From Geosiphon pyriformis uo1 (Eukaryota > Fungi > Glomeromycota), in the NCBI GenBank assembly GCA_016748015.1, contig JAAOMT010000570.1:376043-440042 (forward strand): a stretch of DNA of 64,000 bases, written 5' to 3'. Made by a program: the position numbers and the translations under genes. Each line of letters starts with the position of its first letter. Positions within the stretch are counted from its first letter, which is position 1. Shown here piece by piece: positions 1 through 12,972 of this stretch. A model generated the notes under the pieces. That model worked only from the letters and a program-made list of their open reading frames with translations, was not told where the DNA came from and made no database searches.

Positions 1-158
1 ATGCGGCTCTAATTCTCCTGGTCGTTTGCCAGAGTAGGCTTGTATGATATCTTGTGAGTATAATGAAACGTTTTGAAAGGGATTGGTGGCGATCAAGACA
101 ATCCCGGAATACGTATAGATATTACGTTGAAGATAACGCGTTTTGATCGTATGGAGCA
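1..158 (-). CDS. MYO2: Class V myosin, exon 3 (continues beyond window)
   Basis: CAG acceptor ending at 159; (V)LHTIKTRYLQRNIYTYSGIVLIATNPFQNVSLYSQDIIQAYSGKRPGELEPH; splice phase fits exon 2. Confidence 0.92.
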
Positions 159-279
159 CTGATTGGAAAAGTTATCATGAGATAATGGGAAGATCTATTG
201 ATATCTTATGTTTTTACATTATTTGAAAATCACAATTTATTTATTTATTTATTTATTTTTAATCTGTGTCTTTACAAAC

Positions 280-412
280 CTGCAGGTTCATTCAAGTAAC
301 TAAGACTGGTCAAATCATCTACTGCCTCTAACATAGGAGGATTACGAAGAGGAGGCAGACCGGCATTATTTGTAGATTTTAATTTGCTCAAGGTAGTCTC
401 GACAACAACATC
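280..412 (-). CDS. MYO2: Class V myosin, exon 2
   Basis: TAG acceptor ending at 413; translates DVVVETTLSKLKSTNNAGLPPLRNPPMLEAVDDLTSLSYLNEPA (myosin motor start); GT donor at 279. Confidence 0.9.
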
Positions 413-624
413 CTATCGAAAAAACATCAAAGGCACCCAAATTTGAGGTAGGTAGGAAGGTAAGTCCTTTATTTTGAAATTTGGTTACCTCTAATTATAA
501 ATAATGATAATGAAGTTCTTTGAAACTATTAAAACCACTATAAATTTTGCATTTCTTATTACTCTCGTTCTTTCATAGGAAACCTTTAAGGAAGAAAACA
601 AAAAAACTTGAACTTTGAGACTAC

Positions 625-771
625 CTTGCCCTGCTCTGTCCTGAAGGAGAGTTTAACTTTATCTCCTGAGACATCTTTTGTAGATAATGCACCGCTTATC
701 CAGCCCTCTTTTTCATCTGGGAACCATACTGCTGTTCCCTTAACATAAACCTCTAAAGAATGTGAGGCCAT
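625..771 (-). CDS. MYO2: Class V myosin heavy chain, exon 1 (N-terminal SH3-like region)
   Basis: MASHSLEVYVKGTAVWFPDEKEGWISG... resembles the fungal Myo2 N-terminus; GT donor after ...EQGK at 624. Confidence 0.85.
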
Positions 772-1270
772 CTTTTTGGTAGATTAGGATATGGGTTCAC
801 CTGGAAGAACAGGATGAACGATCAATTAATTAATTGTTTAATTTTTTAACACAATTGTCACCCTCCGGGCGCAGTTTTATCAATGATTGCACGACTTCGC
901 ATTATTGGGAACGATACCCACTCTCCCGTTCTGTAGCACAGCCAAACAACAACGCCTTTGCAAATTTATTTTTAATATCAGATTTAAGATTATCATTTCT
1001 GATAGCCATGAGCCTTTTGATTTCATATTTCCATTTTTAAATTAATACTTTATCATTCGAGAATCACAAGATTTTGGCTATTTTTAAAAGTGTAAATAAG
1101 ATTTTGGTGGAAAAAGACCGAAATATTGTTTATCCAATAGTGAATTTTAATGCTAAATAAAAATAAAATTAATTTGGGTAATATAAAAGTGAAAAATTTG
1201 TAAAATCGCGTATCTAACTGGCTTGATTTAACATATATGATTACATTTGAGAATTGTGTTAGTGAAAAAA

Positions 1271-2263
1271 TTATAACGGCCAAGCTATCAAGCTAATTCT
1301 TAATAGTGGTTCAGCAGACAACATCGTCACATGACAACTCATGGACCAATTAGATCGCCAAGTTGATCGAGCTGCCAGTGCCAGAATTATTACTGCTGAT
1401 GGAACAATAAAGACTCCTATTAACAAGATTGATAATTTCCCATTTGAAGTCAATGGCATTATTATGTCCATCAAAGTCTTAGTTATAGAAGCCATGCAGT
1501 ATCAAGCTCTCATTAGTAACAACTGGCTGTCCAAAACCAACACAGTGCTTAACTGAAATACTCAAGAGTTTTAGCTTAACTATAATGGTCAGCAAAATTG
1601 AATACTGGCTACTTGTGATTATTTTAAGACCTTTTTAAGAAAACAATCATTGATTGAGTTGAAAAAAGAAAAAAAAACCTCTGAAAAGCCTACCAAGTTT
1701 TATGAGCTAAAGAAAAACACAATAAATTGTTACCAATACTTATTTGGAATAAAAAAGAAAAAAAAAAACAAATTTTAAACCACTATTTCTATAGAGAAAT
1801 CAGCAAATAGTTGGCTTATTTTATATTTAATACTAGTACCAAAGAAACATTTATCTTATATTTTATTCAGATGTATTAATTATAACAAAAAACTTTTATT
1901 CATAAAAGTTTGTATCTTACCAAAAAAAGAATATAAAATACATATCTGTTATTATTGCAAAGCATATTATAAGAATGTTTTAGATGCTTAAAATAACAAA
2001 AAAAGTAGAACAATAAATCTTGTTTAGTTTATAAAGAAACTTTACTTAATAAAAAAATATAAAATAATATTTTTGGTTAAGAAAAAATATGTGATATATT
2101 ATATTAATACACAATTCTCATTAATAACTTAATAAACAAAAAAATGCTTTTTAATATTACATAAAACCAAGTTTTTTATGTTTAAATAATTATTTACATA
2201 ATGAAGATAAGATCTAAAAAATAATAAATATTAAAATTAAAAGCATTTTACTTAATAAAATAC
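1271..2263 (+). pseudogene. Highly decayed Ty3/Gypsy protease/Cys-rich fragment (family C-like), host of element A1
   Basis: IKLILNSGSA..MDQLDRQVDRAASARIITADG matches the family C protease near 30190-30480; decays into AT-rich sequence. Confidence 0.8.
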
Positions 2264-2930
2264 TGTTACAGATTGGAGTAACAAATTAACAGATAGCAAG
2301 AGAAAACAGAATTGTAGGGTGATGGAAATAATCAAAAAGAATTCAACTTTAAAGAGCAAATTGAATAAGTATGAATTCAATATGTAAGATCAGTCTTATA
2401 AAATATTTCAGTTACTATACTTTTCAAGGATAACCAGAGAATCTGAAAATAGAAAAATAGTCCGTACTGTTAACAAATGATCACATCTGATACAATTTTT
2501 ATGCCTCACATTGGCACTCTTAGAATTCAATATCAAATATTAGATTTACTCTTCAGTCATGTTTTATTCAATAATCTTCAAATATTACAATTACACGTTT
2601 TAGGAAAAGGATAGGAAATAACTAACAAGTAATCTTTTATCTTTAAGATGTTCAGATACTTGAAAGTAGAAAAAGGAAAATTAGTGATAAGAGAGAGATT
2701 AAGATAAAAGTTGTTATTTTTATTTATTTTATTTCTTTGATTTCTTCATTCTTTATACTTTTCTATAGTTTAAAAGATTCATCACTTATATAACTATCAA
2801 TAATCAGATCAATGATCAGGTCATTGATCAGGTTAATGATTACTTACTAAAAATAGAGTGGCTAATTTATATAACATCAGTGGCTAATACATGTGATAAT
2901 TAATAAAAAGTATAAGTTTTAACTGTAATA
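2264..2930 (-). repeat. A1 3' LTR
   Basis: TGTTACA...TGTAATA termini; adjacent PPT (minus-strand GGAGAGAATGA); homologous to other A LTRs. Confidence 0.9.
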
Positions 2931-3504
2931 TCATTCTCTCCAAAGAGATTAAGCTCTGGTGAAATTAAGCTATTTATGGTGTAATCTATTGAAAGGGTTT
3001 TATCTAATTCAAAGTTAACTAGTTTGTTAAAGTCTTTTGTCGATAAAGTATATAACACTTGAGACAAAATGAGTTTTGTATCCAGGAGACCAAATCTTTG
3101 TATTAGAGTTTTGGTTTTTTTAGCAATAGTTAAAACTTTTAAGACATCTAACTGTATAATGCCCAAAATTTCTGCCTGTATTTCTGAAGTTGTTTTCTTC
3201 ATGAGTTTTATATCCTCTATGATTTTACCAAGACAACCATAGAGTTCTAATTGCCTTCCATATCACAAGTTTTTGTCTATGAGTAAAATTTCTTGAAGTG
3301 TTTTTCCAATTGTGTTGGAAAGTAGGAGTATAGCTGCTATTATACTTTCCAACAGATATTTATTCATTTTATTACTAATTCTTTTTTTTCTAATAGTGGT
3401 TTTTTTTGGTCTAATAACAGTATGTGTTTCACTGTTATCAGTTATGGTGGTTTGTTTTCCAATAGTTAGAGTAATATTTGGATAGTTTTTGATCCAATAC
3501 TCAT
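2900..3504 (-). pseudogene. A1 accessory ORF3 (env position, unknown function)
   Basis: Homologous to 56442-57047; reads through the PPT into the LTR. Confidence 0.8.
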
Positions 3505-3597
3505 GAAGAGTATAGAAGGTGTTTTGAATGTTTTGATCTAGAAAATAATTGTTTATGTTGATTGAAGATACCTCTGTTTTGGGAATAGTGCATTAAT

Positions 3598-4917
3598 TTA
3601 TACTTGATTTTTGCTAATTATTTGAGTTGGTATTACCACAACAGACAGCCAATTAGGTTGTTTATGATATTTCTTGAGTCATGTATCATGAACAGAACAA
3701 TCATTGAAGATTGTTCCAGATTGATCTTGAAGAATATAAGAACCATTGTTCAAAACTTTGTTGACTATAAAGGGTCTTTTTCATCAGCTAGAAAATTTAT
3801 TACTATAGACATTGTCTCTGTCTGAATGATATTCCAATACCAAGTCACCAATACTTAAAGAAAGTATTTTATAGGTTTTCTTTTTCTTAAGCTTTTCTTA
3901 GAACTGTTTTATTTTTTCAAAAACAATTATTCATGCTTCTATCAAGGAGTCAAGAATAGTACCAAGTTTTCTTTGCAAAATATCTTTGTAATTTCCTATT
4001 GTGATCTTTTTAAAGAGTATTGTTTCAATATCAGTTTTTATTAGTAGTGTTGCCATGTGTTCATAGAGCAGATAAAAAGGTTTATAACTTGTTATGTCAT
4101 GATTCACAGTTCTATAAGCAAACAAAGCTGAAGACAGTACTTTGTCCCATAAGTTTGTTTCTTCACTGGTTTTGGCTAAGGTTTCACATAATGTTCTATT
4201 GAAATGTTCCATTAGGCCATTTGTTTAGAGGTAATAAAGAGAGGAAAGTTTATAATGTATTCTCATTTTTCTACAAAGTTTTTCAACCAGTGTATTGAGA
4301 AAAGCTCTTCCTCTATCAGATAAAAGTTCTTTGAAGCAGCCATGACAACAAATAATATCTTCATAAATGAAATTGGCTATTGAGACTGCTGTTTGGTCTG
4401 GGGTGGCTCTTGCTTCTACTCATTTTGTAAGATAGTCGATAGCTGTGATAATATATCTGTTGCCATCAGGAGTAATTGTTAAAGGTCCAACAACATCTAT
4501 ACCAATTCTGTTAAATAATTGACCAACAGAGATTGGATGGATATTTTCTTTGCAATTGGGTTTGTCTCTTCTTTGGCAGATGTCACAGGTTTTAATGTAT
4601 TCAGCAATGTTTTTTCCCAAAATAGGCCAATAATAGCGAGTTAAAGTTTTCTGAATTGTCTTTGTTTTTCCAAAGTGTTCAGCTAATGAGTCAGTGTACA
4701 TGTTGTATATTACAATTTCTTTTTCTTCAAATCTGATGACTCTCTGGAGGTGGTTAGAATCTTTTCTGTTTCTTTTGTATAATTGGTTCTGGCAGATCAA
4801 ATAAAAATTTGATTGTTTGCGCAAATGTTTTTTTTGCTGTTGAGTGTATTCAAGTGGGTATTGTCTTTTACCCAAAAATTTTATTAAGACAGAGTAGTTG
4901 TCTAAGTCTATTATCAT
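3598..4917 (-). pseudogene. A1 integrase (separate ORF)
   Basis: HHCC zinc finger (HFG...CDICQ), IGIDVVGPL core, GPY/F-type tail; interrupted by stops. Confidence 0.9.
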
Positions 4918-4975
4918 GTTTGTTTATGAAAGAGTTACTAATAATTAAGTTGGTTTGGTTTGAGAGATTGTACTG

Positions 4976-7900
4976 TCACTGGATGGTAAGTCTAGATAGA
5001 GTGTCAGTGTTTTAATAATTTGTTCCTTTGCAGTATTGAATATCATAGTCGAATTCATTTAAGTGAAGTATTCAGTGAGTTATTCTTTTGTGTTCTAGCT
5101 TTTTTTTCTTGTACAGCCAAACCAAGGCTTAATAATCTGTTACCACTAAGAATTTTGCACCAAGAAGATATTGATCCCAGTAGTTGGTAGTCCAAACTAC
5201 TGCTAGACATTCTTGTTCAATAATTGAATAGTTCTTTTCTACTGGTGTGAAGGATCTACTGGCATATGTTATAGCATGTTCTCTGCCATTTTCATCTTTC
5301 TGTGAAAAAACAGCACTAAGTTCATAGCCAGATGTATCAGTGTAGAGGATAAAAAGTTGGTTCAGATCAGGTTGTTTGAAAATTGGTTCAGTAACAAGTT
5401 TTTCCTTCAAAAATTCAAAAGCTTTTTGTTGATGAGTGCTCCAGTAATAATTAACATTTTTCTTAAATAGCTGATTAAGAGGAAAGGCAATTTTAGAGAA
5501 ATTTTTGATAAATTTGTGATAGTAAAAGGTGTTATCAGAGATTTTTGGTCTTTTTTCTTGAATGTTGTAACTGTCTGTTGGTTGCCAATTCACATTTTCT
5601 AGAAGTAGTTGAACCTCCAATAACTGAATTTATCTTCAAATTATTTTCTATAATTTGAACTGCTGAACTTATGGGTGGAATGGCCAATTTCATGCTAGTT
5701 ACTTTGTATAGTTACATTGTAGTAAATGTCAATTCTTTTCCAGGAATTGCTCATCTGGAAGCTCACTAAAAATGTGTAGTTACTTTGCTGTGAAAGTCAA
5801 CTCTTCTACAGGAATCTTGTCTGTAGGTTACTTTAATGATTGTAATAAGAAAAGAAAAAAAAAATAAAAGAAATATAAAAGAAATAGAATTCTGTCAAGG
5901 GAAATGTTTTCTATCCAGGCCTGGAGTTACTAACAGTTTACTGAAATTGGTAGCTAATCAATTTCAAAATGTTAGTTGGGTTTTGGGGATTTTCCAAGTG
6001 CAATAATTAAAGAACTTGGTTTTTCAAATTATTTGATATTCATTTCTTTTTGTGTATATAGGAATAGTTCTAAGTGATAAATCTAAAGTAAGATATATTT
6101 TCTTAAAGAGAAAAGCTCTTTTTTTATACAACTTGTTGTAGTACTAGTCTATGAACTTGCACTTTTTCTCTTTGCTCAAATTTCGGCAAACTAAAGATAC
6201 ACTTTGATGGACTACAAGTTATTCGCTGAACTATTGATTAATTTGGGTGAACTATTCATAATTTCGGCGAATTTCTATAAATTTTGGCAAATTTCTTATA
6301 AATTTCGGCAAATTTCTGTAAATTTCGGCGAATTTTTGAATGTAACAAAGTTCAGGGTATTGTGTAATTTGATCATCTTACTTTTTGTTATACTAATTGG
6401 ATTATTTAATTGAATCATAATATGTGATAATTGATTAAATAATAAATAATAATTTGAAATGATATTAATATACTAATTAATTATAGGAATTATAAGGGTA
6501 ATTTTATGCTAATTAATACCTAAAATTCTACTGGTAACAGAGGCTAAACCAAGGAAAGAGTGTAGTTCAGAAACATTCATTGGTTGTCTAATGTTTTGAA
6601 CTTTTTCAACTTTAGCTAGGTCAGGAAAGATTCCATCTTTTGTAACAAGATGACCAAAAAATTGGGTGGATTGGCATCCAATAAAAGATTTGATTGGGTT
6701 GATCTTAAAGCCAGCATTTCTGAGCAGGTCAAAAACCTTCTGTAAATGTTCAAGATGTTCATCTCAGATTTTTGAATATACCATTATGTCATCCAAGTAA
6801 ACCAGAACAAAGTTTTCTTTTATTGATTCAAACATTTTATCCATTAGGCATTAAAAGGTGGGAGGAGCATTAGTGAGACCAAAAGGCATGACTGTGAATT
6901 CATAGGTGTCATACTTGGTGATAAAGGCAGTTTTCTTTCTGCTTTCTGGATCCATCTCTACTTGCCAGAATCCAGCAGTTAAGTCAATAGTTGAGAAGAA
7001 AGCAGCACCATTAAATTTATCTAGCATTACATCAATTTTGGGAAGTGGGTACATGTCTCTTATAGTGATGGCATTTAATTAGTGGTAGTCAACACAGAAG
7101 CATAGAGTTCCACCTTTTTTGGATATCACTACAACTGGGAAAGCCCATTCACTCTTGGTTTCTTGTATGAATTCAAGATCTTTTATCTGGTTTATCTCTT
7201 TTTTGATAAACTCATCATTGTGTCAATTGGATTGATAAGGCTTCAAATAGATGGGGCAAGTTTCTTTGGTGGTAATGATATGTTGTATCACTTTTTTTTA
7301 AGATAACTGGGCTATTTCTAGCCAACAGATTTTCAATGTTCACTTTTTTTTCTTCAGGAGAAGGTTCTCTTTGTTCTACAACTAGTAATTGAATTTCAGG
7401 TGGTTCATTCTCAAAAGACTTTTGTACTTCTTTAAGTTCTTTTCAAAGTATCAAGCTAATTGGTTCTCAATCTTTGTAGTAGATTAGACAGGATTTGCAT
7501 TCATCACTTGGTGAATACAAAGATTTATTACACTAGCACCATGCACAAAGGCCATGCCACCAATAACTGTATTTTGCTTTCTTGCTAGGTTTTCTGTCAA
7601 AAGTTCTTCTGAGGATATTATAGTAGGGCCAGCAGATCAGTTTGCTATTTACCATAATTCCTTTTTTGTCAGCTTTAACATTGTCCAATAACTTGCCATT
7701 ATTGGTAAAGATAGTATAAGCAAGTTTAGCAGTTTCTTCTGGTTCTTCTTGATCTTTTTTATCATCACTCTTATCATTATCTGATTCATCTAATTGTTCT
7801 TTTTCTTGGTTCTGCTTGGGTATTGGAGAAGTTGTCCAATATCAGCATTTAATCACAATGAGTTTCTTACCACATCTGATAGTTAGCTCACAAAGTTTAT

Positions 7901-8660
7901 AGTCAAGTAGTGCTTTGGCTTTCTTAAGCCATTTATTATTAACAATAATAGTATACTCTTTTGCTTCAGATACTTCCATATCTGTTTCAATGCTGATACC
8001 ATTGATGCAGACAGGAATAGCTTTGGCTATATCCAGGCCTTTCTTTTTATCACCATGTACATTAGTCATTGGTTTTGTAAAAGACTTATCAATCTTTCTG
8101 CCAATTGCTTCAAGAAAATGTTTGGCAATTATATTAACAGATGATCCACTGTCTAGGATCAGATCAATGAAGTAACCAGCCACTTGGGCTTTACAAATCA
8201 GAGGGGTGATATTGCTGTTATCAGCAAGTCCAGCTTGGCAAGGGTGTTTGTTGGTCTTTGGTGTCTTTTTCTTTGGTATTAATAATTTGTGAAGATCTTT
8301 TCTGAATTGTGGATGGGTCATCAGTTGGCCAAATATAATGTGTGCTGGGGTTTCCATAAGATTTTTAACAACAGAATAGGATCCAGATTTTTGTACAATT
8401 TCTGGGGGTTCCAACTTTGGAGGATTTTTAAAAACCTTAGCCTTTGATGGCTCATTGTTATCAGCAGATGATTTGGATGCTTTGTTTGGGTCCAAGACAA
8501 AATTAACATTGGCTTTCTTCTTCTTTCTGGTTGATTCAAAGATGTTGATTGCTAATTCATCCATATTATGATTATTATTAGTTAGGTTAAAAACATAAAA
8601 AAGGTTTTCTTCTGGTTGGCTTGTACTCTCACTCTTTGAAGATGTGCTTACCAGTTTAAA
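4976..8660 (-). pseudogene. A1 pol (protease-RT-RNase H), interrupted by D solo LTR
   Basis: LDSGS protease; YPLPKID, IDLTAGFWQV, MPFGLTNAP, YLDD RT motifs; TDTSG...EQECLAVVW RNase H. Confidence 0.92.
5530..6539 (-). mobile_element. Solo LTR, family D
   Basis: TGTTATCAG...CTGGTAACA; TSD AAGG/GAGG; similar to 38570-39548 and 48042-49021. Confidence 0.88.
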
Positions 8661-10177
8661 GGCTAATAAACAGTGGCTTCAACTAGGGGATCCTCTCCAA
8701 AGAAATTAATGTTAGCATAATTGGTTTTTTGGTTGGGAACATTATTGTTATTGTTTCTAGAAGCTGGAGGGCACAATGAAGGATTGTTGCAGTCTCTTAA
8801 GAAGTGTCCAGTTAGTCCACAATAATAGCACACAGGTGGGCCATGATTTTGTTGTCTTTAATTTGGTGGTTATTGGGGCTGATTGAAACGGAGTTCAAAT
8901 CTGGGTCTTTGGGGTTGTTAATTCTCTCTAACTGCTTGGGCCAATAATTCTAATAGCTGGACAAGATTAGCTGTAAGTCTATCTATTAACTGTTCATTTG
9001 GGTCTTGAGTTTGGACAGCAAAAGAGATAGCAGCCATTTGGGAAGCAGAAGCCATAACAGAAGCAGAAGCAAAAACTGGAAGTGTAGATCCTAGATGCAT
9101 TCTTTAATTGTCTTCTATTCTCTAAGCAAGTTTAATGACTATGTCCATTATGGGATTATCTTTCAAGGCCAGGAAGGGCCAAAGAGCATATGATAGATCA
9201 GTTTTCAGTCCTTTTGTAAAGGAATGTATTTTCTGCTCTTCTGTCCAATTTCTTTCAGAGTCTATCTATTTAATAAATTTCTTTATTGCTTTGGCATATT
9301 CTGTCACAACCTCACCAAGGCCTTGAGTTTTTCTTTCTAATTCCATATGCCATTTTGAGATTAAAATGGGAGTTTTAAATTTAGTTTCAAATTGGGTAGT
9401 GAAAAAGGTGTTGTTTTCTTCAGTATTTGCCAGTGCCTATTTAATGATTCTTTACTAAGCATTGGTATTGGTTTCTTGTGAGAACCAAGTAGCAGGAGAG
9501 CCTTGGAGGTAGCCACCAACAATTTGGAACTTGTATTTATTATCATATTAGTTTGCTGTGGCAGCTCTTTCAAAATCATCCAACTATTCAATTGGATCTT
9601 GAGTATCACCTCTGAATAATGGTAATGGGGTGTTGTTTTTTTACCCTAAAGCAGTCTGTATATCTTGAAAGGCAATCAGAATGTTTTATTGCAGAGAGTC
9701 TTGAGCCATTGGTTCAGATATAACTGTTTGTGTAGAGTGTTCTGATTTACTTGAAAAGAGATCAAAAACAGAAGCAGTTTGATAGCTTTCTTCTTTTGTT
9801 TCAAGATGAGTTTCTGTTGATTGATGAGCAGCAATCCAAATGTGAATCTGATGATTCAGATATTCGAGATCAAAGGGCTGTTGTTTAAAGGTTGTAGAAT
9901 ATAAAAGCTGATTGATACTGTTGTTTCTTTCTTTAAAGTTGTCTTTAAAATAAGCTTGATCAAAGTAATAAGTTGTATAAGTTGTGTAGGTTTCAGTTGA
10001 ATGCTTGTTCAGGAACCAGTTCCAAAAGTTTTGGAATTGTCTACTGGATTGTTCTTTAATGGAAAAGCAAATCAAGCAGGAGAGCAAAGGATTGAGTTCA
10101 ATAAAGTCTAGATTGTTTTTGTTGTGTGCTTTAAAGTGTTCATCTGATTGTTATGGCAGATATAAATAATCACCCAT
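8648..10177 (-). pseudogene. A1 gag
   Basis: Homologous to intact gag 58920-60476; CCHC knuckle; multiple stops. Confidence 0.9.
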
Positions 10178-10459
10178 ACAATAGGAAACAAGATATATTT
10201 TGACAACCTCACAGGGAGCACCACTTTTATGTTACGAGTTGGAGTAATAAGCTAATGGATAGCAAGGAAGAACAGAATTGTAGGGTGATGGAAATAATCA
10301 AAGAAAATTCAACTTCAAAAAGCGAATTAAATAAGTATGAATTTAATGTGTGAGATCAGTCTCATAAAATATCTCAGTCGCTGTTACTCATAGAATATAA
10401 GAAATATAATATTATTAGTCAGTAGATATTAGCCAATCAGAAGTAGGCATAGTAAATAT

Positions 10460-10632
10460 GGAATTCCAGGATTCCTCTCAGGAATTGCAGGATTTCAGGA
10501 ATTTCAGGATTCCTCAACAAGGAATTGTAGGATTCCAGAATTCTAGAATTCCTCTCAAAGGAATCGCAGGATTCCAGAATTCCAGGATTCCTCTCAAAGA
10601 AATTGCAGGATTCCAGGAATTCTAGGATTTTT
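10460..10632 (+). repeat. Tandem GGAATTCCA/GGATTCC-type array in LTR C
   Basis: Repeated ggaattgcaggattcca(g)gaattcc units; also at about 36220-36352. Confidence 0.8.
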
Positions 10633-12972
10633 GTCATAAAAAATTGAGAAATTAAGGAATCTTAATTATGTATATATAGCAGTAGGATTAGAAGCTAAAA
10701 AGACAAACCTCTCAGTTTTAAATTTAATCTAAGCAACATTTCAGTTTCCAATCATTAAATAAATAATTATTCCATATCTCAACCCACTCTCTACTATCAA
10801 CACTTCATGTTGATAGTAATTAATACTTAACCACACTGGAACAATAGCTCTTGATCATGGCTATTGACAAGATATTAACATACCAAATTGCCTTGGCTTA
10901 TTTTCTCTATTTTCTTTATTTTATTTTCTTTATTTTTTATTTTCTTTATTTTATTTTATTTTATTTTTGATTTTGTTGTTGTATACTAATTGATTAAAAG
11001 ATTAAGTACTGAGTTATTGATGTCAAGGATAGCCTGGTAAAAGACCCAGAAATAAGGGTAGGATTTTATATATATTATCAGATAGTTTACCAAAAGGGCA
11101 AGACTGCCAGACTAAATCTGGCCACCATGTTAAGAAAAAAATTGGGAAAACTCTTGGAAAGATATATCTACTATCGACACTATCGAATCTCTGTCCATTA
11201 TACAAAGAACTCCATCAAAACCTTCAGATACAACACTTGCAGAACCCCATCCACAGAAGTAGCTTTTGAGCACTGAGTTATGAGTTTATTATTTAATTCA
11301 ACAGCAGAAATAATTACCTGTTGTTACGGGATGGTTTTCTTGTTATATTTAATTGCTGATATCCCACTTTAATTGCAATCAGTCTTTCGTGAGTTCCTCA
11401 GTTCTATTTGTGTGATAATGTTACTGTTACACTGAAGGCTTTCTTTTTATTGTTGCGATGTAAGTTATTCTTTAATTCTTGATTGTTGTGTGTGTTTATG
11501 TACTCCTTTTCAGAGGCTGAACTGAAATCTACCCACTGTTTGGGGTCTTCTCTAAGGCTATCCTTGCAATTGCCTGATGTGTTTTTCTAATCTAGAAACA
11601 CAGAATGTTAATGGTCTTTAGTGCTTTTCTAATTCTCACAATAAAGCTTTTATCAATTAGTAATAACGTGAATAATCTTGATCAAGAATTATTCTTCCAA
11701 GGGATTCAGTTGATGAATGATAGTTTCATTCAATAAATAATACAAGTAAGTTTCTTAATACTTTGGGTTGTGATAGTTCAGTTTTAAATATTTTTTTTCA
11801 TTTCTTTTTGATTTTAAAGGTTTCTTGGGATATTTAATTTGAAAGTATGATTTAAAGTGGAGTTTGTTGAATAAAATTGGATCTATTGCTTGATAAGTTA
11901 TGATTTTTATTACTTGATTGATTATTTCCCAATATTAAAACTACTGTATATATACATGTTTGTAGTTCTACGAGAAAATACTTTCTTTTTGATATTTCAA
12001 CCTGGTGTTTGCTGCTATCACCAGTTGGTGTTGGCTGCTATTGTGAACTGGTGCTTGCCACTATCGCGAGATGGTGTTTGCTACTATGTTAATCATTACC
12101 TTTCTAAGATTATTACTGTGCTATATTATGATTGAATAGTTTGTATTATTTTTATGATTCTTTTTTCTAAATTCTTAAACTGTAACATTATCCCCTCCTT
12201 TCAAGATTGAGCTCTGTCGAAATCGAAGTTAATTTCTTCATTAAATTCTAAGTTACTATAGTGGTTCAATACTGTGTTATTAATTTGTTGTTGTAATTCT
12301 TGAAATTGCGAGTTGGTAAGTCATCCAATACTGTTGGTTGTTATTATGTTTATGGTTGNNNNNNNNNNNNNNNNNNNNNNNNNNNNNNNNNNNNNNNNNN
12401 NNNNNNNNNNNNNNNNNNNNNNNNNNNNNNNNNNNNNNNNNNNNNNNNNNNNNNNNNNNNNNNNNNNNNNNNNNNNNNNNNNNNNNNNNNNNNNNNGTCA
12501 AAGTGAACACAACTCCAGACTACTGCTAAGCATTCAAGTTCATGTGCTGCGTAGTTTTGTTCTGCCGTACTGAGACTTTTGCTGGCATAAGCGATTACAC
12601 GTTCTCTTCCATTATCATCTTTTTGTGACAGAATGGCTCCAAGTCTAGTTCCAGAGGCATCTGTGGCCAAAATGAATTTCTTGTTGAAATTCGGATAGAT
12701 CATTATTGGTGATTCAATGAGCTTTTGTCTAAGGTACTCAAAAGCTTTTTGTTGTGCTTCAGTTCATTTAAACTTCACATTTTTAGATAGTGGGTAATTA
12801 AGGGGTTTGGCGATGTTTGAAAAGTTTTCTACAAAGTGGCGGTAGTAAGATGCGAGTCCTAAAAAGCTTCTAACTTCTGAAACGTTTCAAGGTACTGGAA
12901 AATTTTTCACTTTGTCTATTTTTGATGGATCTGGTTTTATTCCATCTTTTCCNNNNNNNNNNNNNNNNNNNN

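Noticed and set aside
834-1283. Short ORFs upstream of myosin (834-1040, 1053-1283)
   Set aside because: Low-complexity AT-rich translations with no recognisable features.
12496-12952. Second RNase H segment downstream of the B integrase (apparent unusual domain order)
   Set aside because: Near-identical to 14264-14556 and flanked by N gaps; most likely a misplaced contig.
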